From: Alphaproteobacteria bacterium
GTDB taxonomy: Bacteria; Pseudomonadota; Alphaproteobacteria; JAAXGF01
Reading direction: 5' to 3'
Length of the DNA: 64,000 nt
Assembly (NCBI GenBank): GCA_963555825.3
Contig: CAUVXB020000001.1
Location: 320,001 to 384,000 of the forward strand
Positions 31,657 through 44,122 of this stretch are shown here, one piece after another. The notes beneath the pieces were generated by a model, which worked only from the letters and a program-made list of their open reading frames with translations, did not search any database and was not told where the DNA came from. The stretch's first letter is position 1. Every line of letters starts with the position of its first letter. Both the position numbers and the translations under genes were made by a program.

Positions 31657-32850
31657 CTAGCCACCTTCGGTGGCGACGTTTTCAGCGATCAGCGCGTCGA
31701 TGTCGGCCGCCGCCAAGCCGCTCTCGCCGAGCACGGCGCGGGTGTGCTCACCGAGCCGCGGCGCACCGTTGCGGTGGTCTGACGGGGTCGCGGAGAAGCG
31801 CGCGGCGGGGCGCGCCTGCCGGATGCGGCCGGCGTGGGGGTGGTCGCTCTCCACCACCGTCTCGTTCTCGACGATCTGCGGGTGGCGGAAGACGTCGCGG
31901 CGCCGCAGCACCGGGGCGCAGGGCACGTCCTCGGCCTCGAGGCGCGCCAGGCACTCGGCGCTGCTCCAGCCAGCCAGCGACTCCTGGGTCACAGCGAGAC
32001 GGTCGTTGATATTCTGCTGGCGTAGCGCCACGGTCTTGAAGCGCGGATCCGCGAGCAGCTCGGGCCGGCCGACGGCGCGCGAGAACGCCGTCCACTCCTT
32101 GTCCGACTGGACGGCGACACTGATGTAGCCGTCGGCCGTCTCATAGATCAGGTCGATGAAGCTCTGGGCCTCCTGCTGGTCGATATCGGTTTCCACGAAG
32201 GTCTGGCTCGACATGTCGGACGACCACAGGAACGAGATCACCGAATCGAGCATCGAGAGCCGGACGTGCTGGCCGCCGGCGCCGCGCTCGCGGGCCAGCA
32301 GTGCCGCGGTGATGGCTTGCGATCCGGTGAAGCCGGTCAGCTTGTCGGGCAGGATGGTGCGAACCAGCCGGGGCCGCGCCTCGTCGGCGCCGCCCTGGAT
32401 GGTGGTCAGCCCCGAGAGCGCCTGGACCAGCGGGTCGTAGACCGGCTTGGCGGCATAGGGTCCGCGCTCGCCGAAGCCGCTGATCGAGACGTAGACGATG
32501 TCGGGCGCCACGGCGCGGATGGCGTCGTAGTCCACCCCCATGCGCTCGACGACGCCGGGCCGGAAGTTCTGCACGAAGACGTCGGCGCCCGCCGCCAGCT
32601 TCATCAGCACCTCGACGCCGCGTGGGTGCTTGAGGTTGAGCGCCACCGAGCGCTTGTTGCGGTTGTTGTTGAGGAACGAGGCCGAAAAGCCGCCGTGCCG
32701 GTTGGAGACGCCCCGGGTGTGGTCGCCGCCGGCGGGGTTCTCGACCTTGATCACGTCGGCGCCCTGGTCGGCCAGAATCATGGTGGTCAGCGGCCCCGAC
32801 ACCATGGATGTCAGGTCGATGACCCTGATGCCGTGCAGCGGACCGGGCAT
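31657..32850 (-). CDS. CaiB/BaiF class III CoA-transferase
   Basis: PLHGIRVIDL, LADQGADVIKVE, NRNKRSVALNLK, NFRPGV, APRLGEHT. Confidence 0.92.
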   Translation of the reverse strand: MPGPLHGIRVIDLTSMVSGPLTTMILADQGADVIKVENPAGGDHTRGVSNRHGGFSASFLNNNRNKRSVALNLKHPRGVEVLMKLAAGADVFVQNFRPGVVERMGVDYDAIRAVAPDIVYVSISGFGERGPYAAKPVYDPLVQALSGLTTIQGGADEARPRLVRTILPDKLTGFTGSQAITAALLARERGAGGQHVRLSMLDSVISFLWSSDMSSQTFVETDIDQQEAQSFIDLIYETADGYISVAVQSDKEWTAFSRAVGRPELLADPRFKTVALRQQNINDRLAVTQESLAGWSSAECLARLEAEDVPCAPVLRRRDVFRHPQIVENETVVESDHPHAGRIRQARPAARFSATPSDHRNGAPRLGEHTRAVLGESGLAAADIDALIAENVATEGG

Positions 32851-32960
32851 GGGTGTGGACTCCTTTAGAGCGCGTGACGTGGACAATTCAGCGAACGAAA
32901 TACCCTATGCGGCGAAAAATCAACAGGCGCCAGGAATGGGCAGTATCTCAGTTAAATTAT

Positions 32961-33680
32961 CGGGCTGTCCTAGCTAAGGGCGTTTCTGTCTCAAAATAAT
33001 CCATGTCTTCAATTGGTTAAGCAGTTCTCGGTGGTCACCTCCGTTGAACCGCCATTCGCACTCCTTGAGGAACAGGTGAAAGCTCTGTTTCGGGACGCCA
33101 TTGAAGCGCCGTAAATGCCGCTTCGCCTGGTTCCAGAAGTTCTCGATCCCGTTGATATGGCTCCGCTCGTCGACGAACCGCTCCGAGTGATTGATCCGAA
33201 CATGGTGGAAGTCCGAAACGTCCAGGGCATCATAGCTCGAAAAGCCGTCCGTATAGACGATGCTGTCAGGCCGGATCATACGCTCCATAATCGGCATCAA
33301 CGTGGCAGTCCGGGCATTGGGAATCATCGCCGTGTAGACCTTCCCACCTCGCTTCAAAAGCCCGAAAACCGGGACTTTTCCGCCAGCGCCTCGACCCCGC
33401 TTGCCTTTGCGGCGGCCGCCAAAATAACTCTCATCAACCTCGATCTCTCCGGCAAAAGGCGAGGCCTTCTCCATTTCCTCGGCAATCACCTTGCGAAGCC
33501 GAGTATAAAACGAGGCCGCCGTGTTCCGGTGGACGCCAACCAGTTCGGCTGCTGCCCGAGCCGTCGTACCCGCAACGAAGTGCTCAATCAGACGACCGCG
33601 CTTCCAATCACTGAGCCGGCTTTTCCTCTCGTACATCCCGCCATCCTAGCCTAAGCATGCCGCTTAGCTAGGACAGCCCC
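32961..33680 (-). mobile_element. IS1595-family (IS1016-like) element, copy 1 (transposase 32974-33636)
   Basis: 720 bp; TIR GGGCTGTCCTAGCTAAG; flanks TAAATTAT/TACATTAT (7/8); EVDESYFGG, YTDG, HINGIENFW. Confidence 0.92.
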
Positions 33681-33784
33681 TACATTATAATGCCCCAAAA
33701 GCGTTAGGCGGACCCGAATGTTGGCTTAACTCGCCTTGCCCAAATCCGATAGCCGTCATGAACAATTGCGGCTAGCTTGGTCGG

Positions 33785-34753
33785 ATGCCGGTCGCCGTCA
33801 CTCGCCTTCTTGATGAGCCGATCATCCGTCCGAATATGGATGAGCGCATGGGCGACAACATCAACGGCCTGTCGCTGATCCGCGTGCCGAACTGGGTCGA
33901 GGGCCGGCTTGGCCGCTACTATCTCTATTTCGCGGATCACAAGGGCGCCTACATTCTCCTGGCCTACGCCGACGCGTTGACCGGACCCTGGACGCCGCAC
34001 ACGCCGGGCGTTCTCGACGTCGCGGAGTCACTGTTCGAAGCCGTCGATCCGCCGGAGCCGCCCGAAGCCGACCGGCCGCCTTGGGCCGAGAAGTTGAAGG
34101 GCGGGTATCTCTATGCGCATGTCGCCTCGCCCGACGTTGACGTGGACCACGGTGATCGACGCATACGCATGTAATATCACGGTCTGCTGTGGAACGGCTA
34201 TCAGCAGACCCGGCTCGCCACCTCGTGCGACGGTGTCAGGTTCGAGCCGCTGGAGCCGCTGCTTGGCCCGCCGTACTTCCGCGCTTTCGAGTACGCGGGT
34301 TACGTCTATGCGCTTGTCGGAAGCGGTGGGATATGGCGCGCTCGCCGACGGGAGCGTCCATTCGAGCACGGGCCCAACATCATCGCCTCGGCGGGCGGTG
34401 GCGGGATCGACAATGGCTGCCGTCACGGGGCGGTGCATCGGGTGGCGGACAGGCTGCACGTCTTTTACACCCGAAAAGGTGAGCGGCCGGAAGGCATCCT
34501 CCATGCCGTGGTCGACCTCACGCGTCACTGGACCGACTGGGTGGCGCGCGATCCGGTCACCGTTCTTGAACCGGAATTGGATTGGGAAGGCGCCGACCTG
34601 CCGCTCGGGACGTCGATCATGGGTGCTGCCGACCGACGGGTCCGTGAGCTGCGGGATCCCGGCGTCTTCGAGGACGCGGACGGCAAGACCTATTTGCTTT
34701 ACTGCGGCGCGGGAGAGAGTGGCATCGGCCTGGCCGCCATTTCCGGGCTATAG
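33785..34753 (+). pseudogene. Beta-propeller glycoside-hydrolase-like protein with one internal stop (34172-34174)
   Basis: ORFs 33785 and 34433 are in frame; YYLYFADHKG, HVASPDV, RM*YHG, ELRDPGVFED...YLLY. Confidence 0.75.
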
Positions 34754-34801
34754 AAGGCGACCGTTCAAAGCCTATTCTCTCCAACTTGGGTTGACGGGGT
34801 C

Positions 34802-35809
34802 CTACGAGTCGGTCTGAACGCCGCCCAGATGGCGCGGCATGGGGTTGCGAATTTGGCCGTTGATGACATCGCGCGGCCTGTACAGCCCATCAAGGGCCTC
34901 GATCTCATCGGAGCTGAGTTCAAAATCGAGTGCCTTAACATAACCTTCCAATTGGCTCACCGAAGCGGGGCCGACGATGGGGCAGCAAATCGCCTCCTTC
35001 GCGAGAACCCAGGCGAAAGCCACCTCGGCCATAGTCGTGCACTGTTCCTTCGCCGTAGCCTCGACCTTGGCGCAGATTTCCTTATCCAGCGCATCGCCAA
35101 AGAACTTGGTAAAGAATGCATCGGTTTGCGATCGGATATCCGTGCTGCCCGCCAACCAGCCCCTGGCTAACGGGCTGAAACACGTCACGGCAATCCCCTG
35201 ATCACGACAATAGGGCAGCATCTCCCGCTCTTCTTCGCGGTAGAGCAGGCTGTACTGGCACTGCATATTCACGAAGGGCGTCCAGCCGTTATTCCGAGCC
35301 ACGTGGTTCATCTGCGCGAATTGCCACGCAAACATGTTCGAGGCGCCTAATTAGCGAGCCTTGCCGGATTTTACGATGTCGTGGAGAGCACCCATGGTTT
35401 CCTCCATGGGGGTTTGGGGATCAAAACTATGGATCATGAAGATATCGACATAGTCGGTGCCCATTCTGCCCAGGCTGGCCTCGACGGCAGAAAGCAGGTG
35501 CTTGCGCGGTAGGCCCCGATCATTGGGATCGTCGCTCATCGCGTAACAAGCCTTGGTGGTCAGCACCAGATTGTCTCGGGGAACCATGGATGTCAGCGCC
35601 GAGGCCACGACACGTTCGCCTTCGCCAATCGAGTACCAATTCGCCATGTCGAAGAAAGTAATGCCGAGATCGAGGCATCGTTTAAGGAGCGGCCGCGCGT
35701 CCGCCTCGTCCAGCACCCAGGGTTTCCATTCGCTGGACCCGATGGTCATCGTGCCAAAACACAGTTTGCTGACCTTCAGGCCGGTCCGCCCAAATGAAAC
35801 AATTTCCAT
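34802..35809 (-). pseudogene. Aldo/keto reductase with one internal stop (35351-35353)
   Basis: GLKVSKLCFGTM, FFDMANWY, GKAR*LGASN, QCQYSLLYREEEREM, SPLARG; halves in frame. Confidence 0.88.
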
Positions 35810-36126
35810 GGTCTATGCCTCGCCCTGTACATCAGATGACTACGGTCGGACGTTTCGGGTCAGGTTATCCGTGTCCACAAATACGATGGCGCTTCCATTG
35901 TACTTGCCGAAGGCGATCCAGGTTCTTGTCATGGGTCGTACACCAGCCGAATCAGCACTTCCAAATCACCGTGCCATGATTAACGTAGGAACCGGTACAT
36001 AAGATGGGCGCAGGTCACGACCGGGGCCTGCGCCACCCGATCGACCGCAAGCGCGGCGTCGACATCTACGAAACTACCGTGTTTTGACAATAATCTTCGT
36101 AATTACAGCGATTTAGGAGGCATTCC

Positions 36127-39100
36127 ATGGCGCGTGATCCGCGATACGACGTTCTGTTCGAGCCGATCAAGATTGGCCCCGTCACGGCGCCCAACCGATT
36201 CTACCAAGTACCCCACTGCAACGGCATGGGGCGGGTTCATCCGACCAGCATGGCCCATATGCGCGGCATGAAGGCCGAGGGCGGCTGGGGCATTGTCGCC
36301 ACCGAGCAGTGCGACATTCACCACACCGCCGACATCGCTCCTTCTACGGAGACCCGCATGTGGGACGACGGCGACAAGAACTATCTGGCGCGCATGGCCG
36401 AGGCGGTCAGGGCCCATGGCAGCCTGGCCGCTATCGAGCTGGTGCACAACTCGATCTCCGCGTCCAACCTCTACAGCCGCGAGGTGCCGATCGGACCCAT
36501 GCACCGCCCGGTCAAGTGGACCAACCACCCGGTCCAGGCGCGGGCCATGGATTTGTCCGACATCCGCGACTACCGCCGCTGGCACCGCAATACGGCAATC
36601 CGCGCCCGCGACGCCGGGTTCAATATCGTCGTGGTCTATTCGGGCCACGACGGCACCCTGCCGACTTTCTTCCTGTCGAAGCGCCACAACCAGCGCACGG
36701 ACGAGTATGGCGGCAGCCTGGAGAACCGCCTGCGCCTGTTCCGCGAACTCATCGAGGAGACCAAGGACGCGGTCGGCGACACCATGGCGGTGGTGGTGCG
36801 TTTCGCGGTCGACGAGATGATGGGCGCCGACGGCATGGAGTGGGCCGGTGAGGGCCGCGACGCGGTCGAGATGCTGGCCGAGCTGCCCGACATGTGGGAC
36901 GTCAACGTCTCCGACTGGGCCAACGATTCCACGACCTCGCGGTTCGCCGAGGAAGGCTATCAGGAGGCGTTCATCGGCTTCGTCAAGCAGGTCACCACCA
37001 AGCCGGTGGCCGCCGTCGGCCGCTATACCTCGCCCGACGCCATGGTCTCGGCGATCCGCCGCGGCGTGGTCGACGTGATCGGCGCGGCGCGGCCCTCCAT
37101 CGCCGACCCGTTCCTGCCCAAGAAGATCGAGGAAGGCCGCATCGAGGATATCCGCGAGTGCATTGGCTGCAATATCTGCGTCGCCTGGAACAACATGGCC
37201 GCGCCGCTCCGCTGCACCCAGAACCCGACCCAGGGCGAGGAATGGCGCAAGGGCTGGCACCCGGAGAAGATTCCGGCCAAGGGTGAGAACGGCAGAGCAA
37301 TAATCCCCCACTGAAGCGGCCGGTCGATCCGGCTGCGGCGGACCAAAATGGGACCGCGTATAGCCTTCTGTCAGGGTTGCTCTGACTGGAAGGCGGGGGG
37401 GATGTATCGGGTGGAGTTGTACGCACGGGTTCGGCGGGCGTGTCATGTCGAGGGGATGAGCACCCGCGAGGCCTCGCGGGTGTTTGGTGTAGACCGCAAG
37501 ACGGTCCGTAAGATGCTGTCGTTCTCGGTGCCGCCAGGGTATCGCCGAAGCGCGCCGCCGAGGCGGCCAAAGCTGGGTCCGTTCACGGGAATCATCGATC
37601 GGATCTTGGAAGACGATCGGACCAGCCACCGCAAGCAACGGCACACTGCGAAGCGCATCTTCGACCGCCTCCGGGACGAGTACGGTTTCACGGGCGGCTA
37701 CACCATCGTGAAGGACTACGTTCGTGAGCAGGGGCTTCGGTCGCGTGAGGTGTTCGTGCCACTCTCCCATTCCCCCGGTCACGCCCAGGCGGACTTCGGC
37801 GAAGCGATGGCGGTGATCGGCGGCGCGTTACGGAAGATCCACTTCCTTGCCTTCGACCTTCCCCACAGTGATGGTTGCTTTGTTGCGGCCTATCCGGCGG
37901 AGACGACCGAAGCATTCTGCGATGGCCACAACGCGGCGTTTGCCTTCTTCGGCGGCGTCCCCCGATCCATCCTGTACGACAACACCAAGCTGGCGGTTGC
38001 CCGGATCCTGGGCGATGGGAAGCGGCAGCGAACGCGCGTCTTCACGGAGCTTCAGTCCCACTATCTGTTCGAGGACAGGTTCGGCCGGCCGGGCAAGGGC
38101 AACGACAAGGGCAAGGTCGAGGGACTGGTCGGCTTCATCCGGCGGAACTTCCTGGTCCCCGTCCCGCGTGCCGAGAGCTTCGCGGCCCTCAACGATGCTC
38201 TCGCCGAACAGTGCCGCCGGCGCCAGGCGGCGCGGCTGCGGGGCCACAAGGAGACCATCGGCGAGCGTCTCGAGCGGGATCGTCAAGTTCTCTTGCCATT
38301 GCCGCCTGCTCCCTATGATGCCTGCGATAAGCGCCCTGGACGGGCGAGTTCGCTGTCGCTGGTGCGTTACCGCAGCAACGACTATTCCGTGCCCGTGGCC
38401 TACGGCCACCGTGAGGTGCTCATCCGGGGCTACGTCGATGAGGTGGTGATCAGCTGCGGGGCCGAGGTGATCGCCCGGCACCGCCGGTCCTACGACAGCG
38501 AGGACCTGATCTTCGACCCGCTGCATTACCTGCCCTTGATCGAGCAGAAGATCGGCGCCCTCGACCAGGCCGCGCCATTGGCGGGCTGGGACCTGCCCGA
38601 GGCCTTCATCACTCTGCGGCGGCTCCTCGAAGCTCGTATGGGCAAGGCAGGCAAGCGCGAGTACGTCCAGGTGCTCCGTCTACTGGAGACCTTCCGGCTC
38701 GAGGAGGTCGAGGGTGCGGTCGGCGACGCCCTGCGGCTCGGCGCAATCGGCTTTGATGCGGTGAAGCACCTGGTACTGTGCCGCATCGAGCGGCGGCCGC
38801 CCAGGCTCAACCTCGACGTCTATCCGTATCTGCCGCGCGCCCGGGTCGCGATGACGTCCGCCAAGTCGTACATGAGCCTGCTGTCGGGGCTCGGCGCATG
38901 ACCGACACACCGCAAGTGCTGCTCGCCCACCACCTCAAGACGCTGAAGCTGCCGACCTTCCTGCGCGAGTACGACAAGATCGCCCGGCAGTGCGCCTCGG
39001 AAGGCGTCGATCACGTCCGCTACCTGTTGAGACTCGCCGAGCTCGAGCTGATCGACCGCGAGCGCCGCATGGTCGAGCGGCGCATCAAGGCGGCGCGCTT

Positions 39101-40772
39101 CCCCGTGGTCAAGAGCCTCGACAGCTTCGACTTCAAGGTCATCCCCTCGCTCAACAAGGCGCTGGTCCTGGAGCTGGCCCGCTGCGAGTACATCGAGCGC
39201 CGCGAGAACCTCATCGCGCTCGGCAACAGTGGGACCGGCAAGACCCACATCGCCCTCGGTCTCGGCCTGGCGGCCTGCCAGAAGGGCCTCTCGGTCGGCT
39301 TCATCACCGCCGCCGCGCTGGTCCACGAACTCATCGAGGCCCGCGATGACAAGCAGCTGCTGAGGTTCCAGAAGAAGCTCGCCACCTACAAGCTTCTGAT
39401 CGTCGACGAACTCGGCTTCGTGCCGCTGTCGAAGACCGGCGCCGAGCTGTTGTTCGAGGTGTTCAGCCAACGCTACGAGCGGGGCTCGACCCTGGTCACC
39501 ACCAATCTGCCCTTCGACGAATGGACCGAGGTGTTCGGCTCCGAGCGCCTCACCGGCGCGCTCCTCGATCGCCTCACCCACCACGTCAACATCCTCGAGA
39601 TGAACGGTGACAGCTACAGGCTCAACCAGAGCCGCAGGCGTCAAACCCCGACTGCTAACTGAACCGACCACCCAGCCCACGCTTGACCCCGTGGGCCCAC
39701 AGGTCCCTCCCGCGCGCGCCGCCGCGTCAGCCTGTTGAGGGCACGCCGCGTCGCGCGCGGGGCCCTCCCGTGGACTACGGGGACAAGCCCGCAGCCGCCA
39801 AGCGGTCCCTTCTTACACCGCCGAGGTGGTCCCTTTTTGCTCCGCCATTGACACAAGGGCTCGGACGCCAGCGTGCTGGTGGTCGGGGCCGGCCCGGCGG
39901 GCCTCGAGGCGGCGCGGGCCCTGGGCCAGCGGGGCTACACCGTTACCCTGGCCGAGGCCGGCGACGAACTCGGCGGCCGCGTTACGCTTGAGAGCGCCCT
40001 GCCGGGGCTTTCCGCCTGGGTCCGGGTGCGCGACTACAGGGTCGGCCAAATCCGCGAGATGGCCAATGTGGAAGTCTTCCTGGCCAGTGACATGACCGCC
40101 GAGCATGTCCGCGAACTCGGCCCCGATCATGTGGCGATCGCGACCGGCTCACACTGGCGCCCCGACGGCATGGGCCGGGCCAACTTGGCACCGGTGCCCG
40201 GCGCCGATAGCGCCAGCGTGCTGACGCCGGACGACATCATGGCCGGCAAGCGGCCGGTGGGGCCGGTGATCATCTACGACGACGACCACTACTACATGGG
40301 CAACGTCATTGCCGAACTCCTGCGCGGCGAAGGCCACGACGTGACCCTGGCGACCCCGGCGCTGTGCATCGCCCAGTGGACCCAGTACACCCTGGAACAG
40401 GAAAAGATCGAGCGCCGCATGGTTGACCTCGGCATCGAAATCCTCGCCCGCCACCGCCTGTCGGCCGTCGGCGACGGCACGGTGGAAATGGTCGAGAGCC
40501 TGACCGGCGCCACGGTGACGCGGCCGGGCAGCGTGGTCTCGGTGACGGCGCGGCTGCCGCGCGACGCGCTCTACTATGCCCTGAGCGGCGACGCCCAGGC
40601 CCTGGCCGATGCCGGCATCCAGTCGGTCAAGCGCGTTGGCGATTGCTACGGCCCGGCGACCATCGCCGCCGCGGTCTACGAAGGCCACCGCTACGCCCGC
40701 GAACTCGATACCGAGGTCGACCCGGACTCGGTGCCGTTCCACCGCGAGCGCTACGAACTTGACTCGGTCTGA
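36127..40772 (+). pseudogene. Trimethylamine/histamine dehydrogenase-like flavoprotein split by IS21
   Basis: MARDPRYDVLFEP...NRFYQVPHC (cysteinyl-FMN site), CIGCNIC...CTQNP; rejoins as IPAKG|SDASVLVVGAGPAG, about 689 aa. Confidence 0.88.
37284..39853 (+). mobile_element. IS21-family element, copy 1 (istA about 37402-38901, istB 38898-39662)
   Basis: TG...CA ends; 6-bp TSD CAAGGG; IstA AQADFG/YDN/KGKVEG; IstB GNSGTGKT and LLIVDELG. Confidence 0.95.
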
Positions 40773-40775
40773 AAC

Positions 40776-43700
40776 GAGCTATTGTCAAAAGTTGTGTATG
40801 GGCTGATCATGCGGCGGCGCGATCCTGGCGTTCTCCATCTACGAATTTGACGCCGCGAATGATCTCGGCGAGATGGTTCGATCCATCGAGTTTTCTCCAT
40901 TTTCTCTGAGCGCACTGGCATAGTTTGAAGACCATGGCCATCGCCGTCTTGCGCGACAGGCAGCCCTTGGTCCGGTAGGTGCGCAGACGAACCGTGGCGA
41001 ACGTGCTCTCGATGGGGTTGGTCGTGCGTACATGCTTCCAGTGCTCGGCGGGGAAGTCGTAGAACGTCAGCAGGACGTCGCGGTCCTTGGCCAGGCAGGC
41101 CGCGGCCTTGTCGTACTTCGGCCCGTAGGCTTCCAGGAAGAAGTCGAAGGCGCTCTCGGCATCCTTCCTGGTTTCGGCCATCCAGATGTCTTGCAGGCGC
41201 CCCTTGGCTTTCTTTTGCAGACCCTTGGGCAGCTTGTTCAAGACGTTGCCCGTCTTGTGAACCCAGCAGCGTTGCTCGCGGGCGCCTGGGTAGACTTGGC
41301 GGAGCGCCTTCCAGAAGCCGAGCGCGCCGTCGCCGAGCGCCAGTTGCGGACCCATTTCAAGGCCGCGCCGCTTGAGATCGAGCAGAACTTCGAGCCAGGA
41401 CTGCTCACTTTCGCGATAGCCGTCGGCGATGGCGATCAGTTCCTTCTGTCCCTTGTCCGTGGCCCCGACGATCACCAGGATGCACTGCTTCTCTTCCTCC
41501 ATGCGGGCGCTGAAATAGATGCCGTCCACCCAGAAATAGACGTAGCGCTTGGCCGTGAGGTCGCGCCGTTGCCAGCGCTCCGCCTCAACCCCCCAGACCT
41601 CTTTCAGCCGGGTGATCGTGGAGGCCGAAAGCCCCGGCGCGGAGCTCCCCAGGAGCGCCGCCAAGGCTTCCCCGAAGTCGCCGGTGGAAATGCCCTTCAG
41701 ATACAGCCATGGCAAAAGGTCTTCCAGGCTCTTGGCGCGGCGCAGATAGCGCGGCAGGATCGCCGACGTGAAGCGGATGGCGCCGTCCCCCCGGTCCCGC
41801 ACACGGGGTTGGCGCACGCTCACCGGGCCGATCCCGGTCTGGATGAAGCGTTCCGGCAGATATCCATTGCGGACAACCCGGCGGCGGCCGGCGGCGTCAA
41901 CAAGCGCCGCATGGCTACCCAAAAACACGGAGACCTCGGCCTCAACGGCTTGGGCCAACAACTCGCGAGCTCCAGCTTGTAGGACTTCCGTCAACGGATC
42001 TTTCTGAAAATCAGATGGGTTTTGAAAAGCAACAACGGTATTCTCTTTCATGGCGTATCCTTCCTTGGCTTAGCTCAAGTGGTGACATCAACAATCACCA
42101 GGATACGCCGCCTTCATTTCAACGCCGTACACAAGATTCGACGGGGCGATAAAAAGTTGTTGGCCGATGGCGTGCTTGTACAGGTCTTTGCGGTTCGGTG
42201 AAGAATATTTGCCTGTCTCCGCGTTGCTGGTGGATAAAACCTGATATTACCTACCCTTGGCTTCTCCTTGGCTTCGTTTTTTATGGTGCGATTGCCGCGC
42301 AGCGTCGGATATTGAGGCCGAGGGCACGCAGATTGACCACGTAGCGCATGGCCGGCATGCCGCGAATGCGTAGGTGAGCCAGGTTCATCTGGTACTTTAA
42401 TCGCGACATGGTCGCTTCTATGCCGGCCCGCCATCTGTAGACGTTGCGGAAGGCATCGCTTTGTTCATAAAGCCGGCGCTTTTGGTTGGCAGCCCTGGCC
42501 GGGGTATATTGAAAGCGGGAAAATTGGCCGTCACGCTTGGCCGCCTGCACGGGACATCGCAGTATATCGGGACATTTTTGGCAGATGGAGAGGTCGAAAC
42601 GGGCCTGCAGCTTGGCTTTGGCGAGCGAGGCTGAAACCGGTTCGACGTTATTGGGACAGCGCAAGACCAAGCCTTCTTCGTTGAGAGTGAAATCCTCCAA
42701 CGTCAACCGTCCCGAGACGGCGCCTTTCGGCGGTCGTGCGGGCGCCACGAGATTGATGTTCTGTTCGCGCGTCAGAGCCATGTTGTCACTGGAACCGTAA
42801 TGTGAATCACCCAGCATCACCGCCGGCGTCAGCGCGCGCTCGCTCAGATCATCCAGCGCATCGGCTAAGCGATGGCCGTCATGCACCGTCATCTTGTGGA
42901 CCTCCACGTGGGTGATGAGGTCCGGTGTCGCGGCAACCGCCTCGTTACTGACATCTTCACAATAGGTTTCGACGATCTGCGCCATGTATCCTTGACCCTT
43001 GTGCGCGTTGTAGCTCGCGTCCGGGTCGGCCGGATTGCCGACGGTATCGCACGGCACATCCTTTGGATCTCGAATCGCGGCGCGCGTTGCGTCACGATCG
43101 CCATACTCATCATCAACGATCTCGAACTGATCGCGCAGAACCCTCTCCAGGATCGCAAAACTGGAAAGCTTTGCCGCCGCCGTGTCACGGAATTGCAGCA
43201 CCAGGGCTAGGAGATACTGACCCGCTTCGCCGAGGCGCCGTTTTGAAACACTCGGCGCCGTATTCGCGAACGCGCCATTACCCTCGCGATCGACATAGCG
43301 GCGGATCACCTCCTTGCTGATCTGCTCGTGCAGACCGGGATGATATCGCTCAAGCTCACGGGCAAACTTCGAGATGCTCTCAACAACGATACCAAGTCGT
43401 GTCAGCGCCCGCATTGCCGAACGAAGGGCCGTCGAATCCATGCGTTGGTGGCTGGTATCGACAGAGAACCCCTGCACCAGCCGATCCGTCAAACACCGGA
43501 ACAGCAATTCATCGAGACCTTGTTCGATAAACAGACGGCGATAGTTGCGCAGGGTTTTCTCACAGAAATAGCTGTCCGCTTCGCTGCGCACGTCCAAGGC
43601 ATAGTGCCACGCCATATTGAAGGCCAGGGCCTCGACGGTCTCTGCATCGCTCAGATCGTGCAGCTGCTGCAAAAGCAAGACCCCGATGACAACGTGTAGA

Positions 43701-43958
43701 TCCTTCGATGGTCGGCCCATGCGTTCATCAAGGTGACGGCAAAGATCGTCAACCGGAAGTTCGACAAGCAGATGGTTCCGAAAAACCCCGGCCCAGGATT
43801 GCTCCATCAGGCGCCGACGTTTGTCCCCGAAATCGGACCAGCGATCAAACAATTCCCCAGTCCGTCGGTCGCGTAAAGTAAACATGCACAATTATAATCC
43901 AGCCGACTCTCATGAGGAATCGACTTTTTACCGCCCCGTCAAGATTCGGTTATAGCTC
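40776..43958 (-). mobile_element. IS256-family element (transposase 40807-42051) with another IS nested in its left TIR
   Basis: Ends GAGCTAT / ATAGCTC; 9-bp TSD GTCTGAAAC; WVDG, GDGALGF, QRCWVHK, RTTNPIES. Confidence 0.9.
42140..43940 (-). mobile_element. DDE IS of IS1182-like/ISNCY type (transposase 42281-43891)
   Basis: TIR GACGGGGCGATAAAAAGT / ACTTTTTACCGCCCCGTC; duplicated AAGATTC (CAAGATTCG if ends are trimmed by 1 nt); QRMDST, DPDASY, GDSHYG, RAGIEATMS. Confidence 0.85.
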
Positions 43959-44122
43959 GTCTGAAACCAGCGAGCCCATAAACGAACTCGAACCGTCGTC
44001 ATGCCTCGAGTCTGTCGGAGGACGAGGACACCCGCGCGACGTCATATTTCACACTGCAATCCTGAAAGACGCAAAGGCCCTGCTCGACGGCCCGACTTGA
44101 GGGATGGTGTGACAATTCCGGC

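Noticed and set aside
17856-35353. Genome-wide stop codon reassignment
   Set aside because: Intact genes in the window terminate normally at TAA, TAG and TGA
35850-36000. Possible alpha/beta hydrolase scrap on the minus strand (VPTLIM / HGDLEVLI)
   Set aside because: Too short and frameshifted to support
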